This document shows positions 1 through 5,863 of a stretch of 11,417 bases of DNA, in pieces (the stretch's first letter is position 1; the number at the start of each line of letters is the position of its first letter). The notes beneath the pieces were generated by a model. That model did not search any database. It was not told the origin of the DNA and saw only the letters and a list, made by a program, of their open reading frames with translations. The position numbers and the translations under genes were made by a program. This stretch comes from Armatimonadia bacterium (GTDB taxonomy: Bacteria; Armatimonadota; Zipacnadia; Zipacnadales; UBA11051), in contig JBDKRC010000307.1 of NCBI GenBank assembly GCA_039683575.1, positions 1-11,417 on the forward strand. The letters run 5' to 3'.

Positions 1-980
1 GGCACGTGCGACTTGCACCCCAGTATCAGCGTCGCCTGCATCTCGCGCGCTAGAGACTGCAGCCTTTCCAAAACTGCCGGATCATCCGTCACGTAGTCAT
101 TCACAGCCAGTTCCGGCCAGACAATGAGTTTCGGCCGCGAGCGTGCGAACTCGCGCGTGCGCTCGATGAGCCAGTCGAGGTCCTCAGTCTCGCTCTGCAC
201 CATGAGGACGGTGAGAGGGTCGGGGTCGGTGCCCCCTCCCACGGCCCCGCCGCTCGAAAGCCCTGTGAGCCACGCCACGCGGAACGCCAGGGCCAGGACC
301 GCGACCAGTCCGGTAGTAGCGGCCAGAGCCTTGAGACGGCGCACCCGGTTCGGCTGCAACAGCGCCAGGGTCAGGGCCGCGCTGACCAATACCGTCAGGA
401 ATGTCATCCCATACACGCCCACGAGCGGGTACGTGGACTGGCTGGCCTGCGAGGCGACATAGGCGCTGCCGGGCTGCAGCCACGAGAAGCGGAAGTACCA
501 GCCCTGGCAGCGCACCCACTCAATCGCGGTGAAGAGCACAGGCGTAGCGAGGATCATCTCTAGACGCGTGGTAGGCATGCTCCGCATGCCGGACTCACTG
601 ACCGAGATTCCGGCATGCGGAGCATGCCTACCACGCGCACAAAAGGCAAGCCGCCGCGCCAGCACATGATACCCAAGCCCAAACAGCAGCCAGGGCAGCG
701 CAATGAGCACGCAGACCGCGATCATGCCGGTAGCGAAGATGCTCCAGCGCCAGTGCAGCGAGACCAGCGACATCGTCCAGCCGGTGAGCAGCGCCAGATA
801 ACCGGCGGCGCGGGTGGTTTCGGTGCGGTGGAGGCCGATGAGGAGTGGCACCAGCGCGACCGGCGCCAGGAACCAGAGGTCGAAGGGGTAGAAGACAAGC
901 GCGCCAAGCACCCCGGAACCCACGGCGAGCAGGCCGTTGCGCTTGAGGTCGACGGCGACGTCGCTTGGGGTGAGGCGCAT
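1..980 (-). CDS. lnt: Apolipoprotein N-acyltransferase (Lnt), 3' end beyond window edge
   Basis: Manual translation from ATG at 980 (GGGGGA SD about 6 nt upstream) stays open to position 1: MRLTPSDVAVDLKRNGLLAVGSGVLGALVFYPFDLWFLAPVALVPLL...TPVLFTAIEWVRCQGWYFRFSWLQPG...YPLVGVYGMTFL...TVLMVQ...KLIVWPELAV...ATLILG. It has the Lnt N-terminal TM pattern (P-x-x-L-W-x-L-A-x-V-A-L-V-P-L, E-W-x-R, G-V-Y-G) and the nitrilase-fold IVWPE catalytic-Glu motif. It is absent from the ORF track because its stop codon is outside the window. Confidence 0.93.
   Translation of the reverse strand, partial: MRLTPSDVAVDLKRNGLLAVGSGVLGALVFYPFDLWFLAPVALVPLLIGLHRTETTRAAGYLALLTGWTMSLVSLHWRWSIFATGMIAVCVLIALPWLLFGLGYHVLARRLAFCARGRHAPHAGISVSESGMRSMPTTRLEMILATPVLFTAIEWVRCQGWYFRFSWLQPGSAYVASQASQSTYPLVGVYGMTFLTVLVSAALTLALLQPNRVRRLKALAATTGLVAVLALAFRVAWLTGLSSGGAVGGGTDPDPLTVLMVQSETEDLDWLIERTREFARSRPKLIVWPELAVNDYVTDDPAVLERLQSLAREMQATLILGCKSHV
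565..637. repeat. GTAG-type REP doublet (REPIN-like inverted repeat) inside the lnt coding sequence
   Basis: Perfect 29-bp inverted arms CGCGTGGTAGGCATGCTCCGCATGCCGGA (565-593) and TCCGGCATGCGGAGCATGCCTACCACGCG (609-637) with a 15-nt spacer. Each arm has GTAG adjoining the hairpin GGCATGC-TCC-GCATGCC. Confidence 0.88.
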
Positions 981-1163
981 GGAGATTCCCCCGGTGCGGT
1001 AAGTTACGAGTTGAAACACGGCAAACGGCGGTGAGTTCCGCGAACTAGAAGCTCCTCAGACCCCAGTGGGCAAGTATTGCGCTTCGGCAAGGCTATATTG
1101 GTGATTCTGTGACTTGGGTTGGAGGGTGGCTTAGCTGGGAGGTCGTTGGTTGTCTACGGTTTT

Positions 1164-1185
1164 TGACATAACTTCTATACTGTCA
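1164..1185. promoter_or_regulatory. Possible operator palindrome TGACA-N12-TGTCA upstream of lnt
   Basis: TGACA (1164-1168) and TGTCA (1181-1185) are inverted around an AT-rich 12-nt spacer in an AT-rich intergenic patch. The arms are short, so this may be chance. Confidence 0.25.
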
Positions 1186-1360
1186 TGGTGCTCACCAGCG
1201 GGTCGCCGGGCCATCCCGAATCGAGGTGCCGGTAGGGGCTAGGGCATGGGAAATGCCTCCGAATGAGAGCTTTACAGGATGTGCAGGATAGAGGCAATGA
1301 TGGACAGGATACGGCACAGAGGGTTCGAGATGGTGAGGTGGGGGACCTGCAGAGATGGGC

Positions 1361-2029
1361 TTAGTCGTCAGCGAGGGAGCCGTTCTGGAGGTGCAGGACG
1401 CGGTCCATCACGCCTATCACGTCCTGATCGTGGCTGGCGATGATGACCGTGCGCCCCTGGTCGGAGAAGCTGGTCAGAAGCTCCATGATGCGCCCGGCGT
1501 TCGCGCAGTCCAGTTCCCCCGTCGGCTCATCAGCGAGGATCAGTGAGGGCTGGTTCACAATCGCCCGCGCCACCGCCGCACGCTGCTGCTCGCCGCCGGA
1601 TAGCTCACCCGGCAGATGTGTCGCGCGGTGGGCGATGTTAGCCTGCTCCAAAGCAGCCTGCACGCGCTCGTCTTTGTCGGAGTGGGAGAGAGGGACCGGG
1701 ATCAGCGGGAGCATCACATTTTCATACACCGTCAGCGCCGGGACGAGGTTGGCAGCCTGAAACACGAAGCCCACGGTGTTGCGGCGATAGAGCGTCAGCC
1801 CGTCGTCGGACAGGTTCTCCAGCGACGAACCATCAACCATTACCGTGCCCGAGGTCGGCCGGTCCAGCCCGCCGAGGATGTTGAGCAGTGTGGACTTCCC
1901 CGAGCCCGAGGGTCCGCTCAGACCAACAAGCTCTCCCTGGGCGATCACGAATGAGACCTCGCTAAGCGCGATAACCTCGCGCGCGCCCTGGGTGTAGACT
2001 TTGCTGAGTAGGTTGGCAGTCAAATCCAT
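1361..2029 (-). CDS. ABC transporter ATP-binding protein, LolD/MacB/FtsE family
   Basis: 222 aa. Walker A GPSGSGKST, GFVFQ Q-loop, signature LSGGEQQR, Walker B/D-loop LILADEPTGELD and SHD switch, all typical of LolD/MacB-type NBDs. Confidence 0.95.
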   Translation of the reverse strand: MDLTANLLSKVYTQGAREVIALSEVSFVIAQGELVGLSGPSGSGKSTLLNILGGLDRPTSGTVMVDGSSLENLSDDGLTLYRRNTVGFVFQAANLVPALTVYENVMLPLIPVPLSHSDKDERVQAALEQANIAHRATHLPGELSGGEQQRAAVARAIVNQPSLILADEPTGELDCANAGRIMELLTSFSDQGRTVIIASHDQDVIGVMDRVLHLQNGSLADD

Positions 2030-2031
2030 GG

Positions 2032-2072
2032 TCAGGTTTCAGGTCTCAGGGATCAGAGTTCAGAATCAGGAA
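2032..2072. repeat. Degenerate tandem heptamer repeat (TCAGnnn x6)
   Basis: TCAGGTT TCAGGTC TCAGGGA TCAGAGT TCAGAA TCAGGAA, lying directly upstream of the ATPase start codon on the minus strand. Confidence 0.75.
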
Positions 2073-2097
2073 GTAGCGAGATTGCAGCGGGGCTGCG

Positions 2098-2182
2098 TGA
2101 ATTGGGGACTGACACATTTTCGCAGCCTGTACTATCGCTTGCCAGTAACCCACGTGCGAAAATGGTGTCTGTACCCAATTCA
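2098..2182. repeat. Imperfect inverted repeat, REP/MITE-like (GGGGAC-GACAC type)
   Basis: TGAATTGGGGACTGACACATTTTCGCA (2098-2124) matches the reverse complement of 2155-2182 (TGAATTGGGTACAGACACCATTTTCGCA) with 2 mismatches and 1 gap. The spacer is 30 nt. Confidence 0.75.
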
Positions 2183-2192
2183 TTCCAACGCA

Positions 2193-3503
2193 CTACAGCC
2201 GCCTCAAGGCCTCAGACGGATCAAGCCGCGCTGCTCGGTGTGACGCCGCCAGGCCCGCCAGCGTGCCAATAACCAGTGCCGCCACCAGCCCCAGGCCAAA
2301 GATCAGAACTGAAGGCGTCGTATCCAGCGGCAACGCCAGCGGCGGCTGCGTGGTTGAGCAGGGCGGAAACGAGCTCAGCGCCGATGGCAGGCGCAGGTGG
2401 GCGAACTGGCTGAAAGCGAAGGCCAGCCCCCAGCCCACCAGACACCCCGCAACCCCGCCAATGACGCCCCCGATAAGCTCCTCGGCCATAAACAGCCGCG
2501 ACACGTCCATCCGCCGCCAGCCCAGAGCCCGCATCAGACCGACCTCTTTGAGCCGCTCGGCCACGGTCGAAAGCGCGTTGCGGACGATCAGCAGGAACGT
2601 GAAGAGCAGCACCAACGCCGCGAGCCCCAGCATCGTCCGCCGGGTGAGATCGGCCACCGCCGAGGTTCCCGCGTCCACGTTGTTAGAGGTCGTGATGCTC
2701 GTCTCCGGTGGGTCATTCGGCTTCGGCTCGATCCATTTCTGCACCACCGCCGAGACCAGTTCGATGCTCTTTTGGGACTTCAGCGCGACAAAGATGGTGT
2801 CCACGATGTCGCCCTTGCCATACATCGCCTGCGCGGTCTTCAGCGGAATGAAGGCCTCCGCCTCCGCGATGCGCGCCGAGCCGGACAAGTCCACAACCCC
2901 CACCACCGTAAACAGGTCCCGCGGCCCCAGGTGGATCTTATCCCCAACCTTGTACCCAAACGCCTTCGCGTATTCCTTGGTAAGCATCACTGCGCGGTTG
3001 TCGTAGCGCGTCAAATACCGCCCCGAGGTGATGGCGCAGCAGGACTTATCATCTTCCCCCGTCTTCTCCTCAGCCTTCTTGCCGGCGAGGGCGGCCTTCT
3101 CTTCCTCAGTCTTCTTGCTGATCCGCACGGGCCCAATGGTTTTGAGCGTCGGGTCAACGCCCGCAACCACGGTCGGATGCCCCTTGTGGAACGCCCACAG
3201 CAGCAGCACCCCCGAGACATTCTCGACCTGCTGGAGCGCACCGATCTTCTTGACCACTTCCGCGTCAATCTCGGCAAGGTCCTTGGGGAGCTTCACATCG
3301 GCGAAGGGGCAGGGCTTGACGCGGCGCTGGATGACCATATCCGCCCCCGCGGCGCCCAGCGAATCATCAATGGCGCCCTTAACGGACTCGGAGATGGACA
3401 CGACCGCCACCAGCATGCCGATGCTGAGGGTAATGCCGGCAATGGCCAAAGAAGTGCGGGTCCGGCGGCGGACAAAGCCTCTCCAGGCGTACTTGAATAG
3501 CAC
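2193..3503 (-). CDS. ABC transporter permease, MacB-PCD/FtsX (LolC/E-like) family
   Basis: KYAWRGFVRRRTRTSLAIAGITLSIGMLV (TM1), a large extracytoplasmic domain (GRYL...KVGDKI...FTVVGV...AFIPL), the VAERLKEVGLMRALGW FtsX motif, and C-terminal AARLDPSEALR. Start placed at GTG 3503 (GAGG SD 6 nt upstream). ATG 3515 and TTG 3557 are alternatives. Confidence 0.93.
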   Translation of the reverse strand: MLFKYAWRGFVRRRTRTSLAIAGITLSIGMLVAVVSISESVKGAIDDSLGAAGADMVIQRRVKPCPFADVKLPKDLAEIDAEVVKKIGALQQVENVSGVLLLWAFHKGHPTVVAGVDPTLKTIGPVRISKKTEEEKAALAGKKAEEKTGEDDKSCCAITSGRYLTRYDNRAVMLTKEYAKAFGYKVGDKIHLGPRDLFTVVGVVDLSGSARIAEAEAFIPLKTAQAMYGKGDIVDTIFVALKSQKSIELVSAVVQKWIEPKPNDPPETSITTSNNVDAGTSAVADLTRRTMLGLAALVLLFTFLLIVRNALSTVAERLKEVGLMRALGWRRMDVSRLFMAEELIGGVIGGVAGCLVGWGLAFAFSQFAHLRLPSALSSFPPCSTTQPPLALPLDTTPSVLIFGLGLVAALVIGTLAGLAASHRAARLDPSEALRRL

Positions 3504-3603
3504 AAACAGCCTCATGAAGCGGGGTAATATGGCGACTGACAGTTTCAACAAGCGCAAGCCCAGGGATGGTTCCCGCTGTGGACTCAGGAGGGGCCGTCTC
3601 TCA

Positions 3604-3691
3604 GGAGGGGCCGAGCTTTAGCCGGCCCAGCCGTTATCTATGACACCTTCTGCCATTGGCAGACGTGGGCCGGCTAAAGCTCGGCCCCTCC
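3604..3691. repeat. GGAG/GTAG-type REP doublet (REPIN-like), nested in a degenerate outer inverted repeat
   Basis: Perfect 26-bp inverted arms GGAGGGGCCGAGCTTTAGCCGGCCCA (3604-3629) and TGGGCCGGCTAAAGCTCGGCCCCTCC (3666-3691). Each arm is GGAG plus an imperfect hairpin. The spacer holds TCTGCCA-T-TGGCAGA. Outer partial arms are AGGGGCCG (3589-3596) and CGGCCCCT (3703-3710). Confidence 0.85.
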
Positions 3692-3721
3692 AAAGAGAAA
3701 TCCGGCCCCTTCATCCCAAAA

Positions 3722-3755
3722 CACAAAAAAGCCCCGCTCATTCGAGCGAGGCTTT
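3722..3755 (-). terminator. Intrinsic (Rho-independent) terminator
   Basis: Minus strand reads AAAGCCUCGCUC-GAAU-GAGCGGGGC-UUUUUUGUGUUUU. The single stem irregularity is a G-U wobble only on the minus strand, which supports the orientation. Confidence 0.85.
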
Positions 3756-3867
3756 GTAATCTTTGGCGCGGCTGTTTACACCCGGACAGTCGCCAACCGT
3801 GACCGACCCCCTCAGACCCCAGTCCGTTGCCGGACCCTACGTCTATGTGCACACTCAAGGGGCGTCG
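3724..3867 (-). ncRNA. Putative structured ~144-nt RNA (riboswitch-like leader or sRNA), family not recognised
   Basis: Bounded by a near-consensus promoter and a terminator. Folds by eye: P1 CGAC(G)CCCCU/AGGGGGUCG, AGAC/GUCU, GUCCG-GCAA-CGGAC (GNRA loop), and UUGGCG..CUGU/ACAG..CGCCAA. Confidence 0.6.
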
Positions 3868-3873
3868 AGAGTT

Positions 3874-3902
3874 AGTATAGCGGAAGCGGGGACGTTTGTC
3901 AA
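3874..3902 (-). promoter_or_regulatory. Sigma70/sigmaA promoter
   Basis: Minus strand TTGACA (3902-3897), 17-nt spacer, TATACT (3879-3874). Predicted TSS about 3867-3866. Confidence 0.85.
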
Positions 3903-3927
3903 AGGAGCTTGGCAACGCCCACGCGCT

Positions 3928-3971
3928 TGTCATGCCGAGCACGGACGTCCGCGTCCGGCAAGCGAAGCATC
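3928..3971. repeat. GTCAT-type REP-like palindrome with an inserted hairpin
   Basis: TGTCATGCCGAGC-a-CGGACG-TCCG-CGTCCG-gca-AGCGAAGCATC resembles the GTCAT(G/C)CTGAGC..AGCGAAG(C/G)ATC repeat type with an extra internal stem-loop. Recognised from memory only. Confidence 0.5.
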
Positions 3972-4024
3972 CCCGGCATCCCCAACACCTGCCGGTCCCC
4001 ATGTTGGGCAACTCGTCTCCCCAG

Positions 4025-5863
4025 CTACACTCCGCTCCCCGCCCCAATCGTGGCAATATGCCGCCGCTCCCCCGTCCGCGGGTCATAGCTCGTGAAGCTG
4101 CGCTCCCTGTCCCAGATAATGACCTTCCCATCCGGCGCCATCCCCAGCACCTCCCCCTGCTGCTCGCCCAGATCGCGCAGGCCCGAGCCATCGGGGTTCA
4201 GGCGCCAGAGGTGGAACTGGGCGGGCGTAGCCCCCCTTGACTTGACCGGGACGTGCACGACGGCATATGGCACGCCGATGTGGTGGGCGATCTGGGGGGT
4301 GGATCCGGTGCTGAAGCCCCAGAGCGGCCTCGCATTGGCTATCCGCATGGTCGCGGTGTCAAGGAAATAGAACACAGCGGGCCCTTCCGGCCCGAACGGC
4401 CGGTGTCGGACCACGAGATGTCGGTTGTCGAGGAAGCTGTCGAGAGTGGCCGAGAGATTCGGGAAGCGGTACAGACAGCGCGTCTGGAGATCGAGAATAA
4501 GCAAAGTGCTCTCGGATGACTCAGCACCGCTCGGGCGTGGCTTGCCGGTGGCCTGCGCGACCAGATAGCGTCCGTCCGGCGACACCTGCTGCAAGAACGA
4601 TACGCCCGGAATGTCGATAATGGACTGCGTCTGGCGGGTCTGCAGGTCCAGGCGCGTGACGCTGACCGAGGCGGCGAGGTAGTACGCGTAGCGGCTGTCG
4701 GGTGAGAAAACGGGGCCGCCCTCTTGCGGGACTGTGGCGACAGGGCGATTGCCATCATAGATGACGTGCTTGAAGAGCTTGGGAGGCTGGATGACCGTAT
4801 AGCGGCCATCGGGGGAGCCCATGCGAAAACGCTCTGGAAGACGGCGCAGGGCCCTGGTGGCGGTGTCGGCAGACCATGTGATACTCTCTTGGAGCATCGG
4901 GCCATATCCGAGGTAGACCGAGTTCCCGCAGGCATCATCGTACCAGGGATTGCCCTTGGCGAGTAGCCGGGGCGTGCTACCGGTGAGCGGCAGGGCCCAC
5001 ACGCCCCCTACGTCAGTAGGCGAAGCGCTGGTGCCAAAGCAAACACTGTCGCCGACGAGCCCGAGACTCTCTGCACGAAGTGGCTGGGCCAGCGACGGCG
5101 TGCGCGTGTACTGCCAGCCTGCCATCCCGGCGAGGGCGAGGACAGAGAGAACGAGTAACGTTCCCAGCGCCCGCCAGAGCCTACGCCGCGTCTCCAGCAC
5201 CGGCAGGCGCACGAACGCATAGCCCGCCGTCGCCAGCGCCAGCATCGACAGCATCACCGCGCAGCCTTTCCAGAGCGTAACGGAGGTCTCGATCTCGCCA
5301 AAGTACGGTCCCCACGCCGTCGGCAGGTAAAACCCCAGCACATACACATACCCCGCCGCCAGCGCGAACAAGGTCACCAGCCCCAGCCCCGCCGCTGCCA
5401 GGATGGGGGAGAGGAGCGTCGACCACAGCAGCGCGAAAGCAAAACACAGCGGCAGCCCATAGCCCAGCGCCGTCCACGTCTCCGGCGCGACCCATGTCTG
5501 CAGATCAGCGCTCCCCGAACTGAAGTCCACCACGCTCAGGCAGATGAGAAAGCCCAGGGTGATGGCGGTAAATGTCAGCAAGGCGCTGACGAGGGCCTTC
5601 GCGCCCCAGAGCGTCACCCGCTTGTAGGGCCACGAACTCAGAAAGACCATGTTCTGCCGGCTCTCCCGCGCGAACGCCCCCGCCCCGCCGAGGAACGCCA
5701 TCACAAACGCCAGCACCGCCCAGATACTCACCGCCAGCCCCTCATAGCGCGCCCACTGGTAGTTGTACGCCAGATCAATCAGGGCCAGCACAACGGCAGT
5801 ACCGAGCACCGCGCAGAAACTGACGGACAGGTCTCGGACTTCCTTCCTGATCAGGGCCTTCAT
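4025..5863 (-). CDS. ABC-2-like permease fused to a C-terminal TolB/WD40-like beta-propeller (diverged paralog 3)
   Basis: 612 aa. N-terminus MKALIRKEVR, several hydrophobic helices, the FARE..Q..MVFLSSWP motif, then repeated SPDGRY/FSPDSRY/LNPDGSGLR/APDGK propeller motifs. Its start overlaps the upstream stop (ATGA at 5860-5863). Confidence 0.85.
   Translation of the reverse strand: MKALIRKEVRDLSVSFCAVLGTAVVLALIDLAYNYQWARYEGLAVSIWAVLAFVMAFLGGAGAFARESRQNMVFLSSWPYKRVTLWGAKALVSALLTFTAITLGFLICLSVVDFSSGSADLQTWVAPETWTALGYGLPLCFAFALLWSTLLSPILAAAGLGLVTLFALAAGYVYVLGFYLPTAWGPYFGEIETSVTLWKGCAVMLSMLALATAGYAFVRLPVLETRRRLWRALGTLLVLSVLALAGMAGWQYTRTPSLAQPLRAESLGLVGDSVCFGTSASPTDVGGVWALPLTGSTPRLLAKGNPWYDDACGNSVYLGYGPMLQESITWSADTATRALRRLPERFRMGSPDGRYTVIQPPKLFKHVIYDGNRPVATVPQEGGPVFSPDSRYAYYLAASVSVTRLDLQTRQTQSIIDIPGVSFLQQVSPDGRYLVAQATGKPRPSGAESSESTLLILDLQTRCLYRFPNLSATLDSFLDNRHLVVRHRPFGPEGPAVFYFLDTATMRIANARPLWGFSTGSTPQIAHHIGVPYAVVHVPVKSRGATPAQFHLWRLNPDGSGLRDLGEQQGEVLGMAPDGKVIIWDRERSFTSYDPRTGERRHIATIGAGSGV

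Noticed and set aside
124-1034. Track ORFs 124-462, 184-519, 615-1034 and 722-907
   Set aside because: They are antisense or off-frame shadows of lnt with no recognisable motifs.
1163-1181. TTGACA...TATACT on the plus strand
   Set aside because: The spacer is only 7 nt, which is incompatible with a sigma70 promoter, and no credible plus-strand gene follows.
1232-1310. GTAGGGGC..GGCAT/ATGCC hairpin and three CAGGAT units
   Set aside because: Too short and degenerate to call. They may be decayed repeats.
2263-3621. Long plus-strand ORFs (also 7171-8370, 9001-9699, 9816-10538)
   Set aside because: They are antisense to well-supported genes, a common artefact of high-GC codon usage.
3760-3867. 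Assignment of the candidate RNA to ykkC, TPP, c-di-AMP, 6S, SRP or tRNA
   Set aside because: Only short partial resemblances were found, and the diagnostic motifs of each class are missing. A covariance-model search is needed.
3634-4191. 185-aa minus-strand ORF and overlapping plus-strand ORFs across the intergenic region
   Set aside because: They cross a promoter, a terminator and REP palindromes and have no protein-like features. Chance open frames in GC-rich DNA are the likely explanation.
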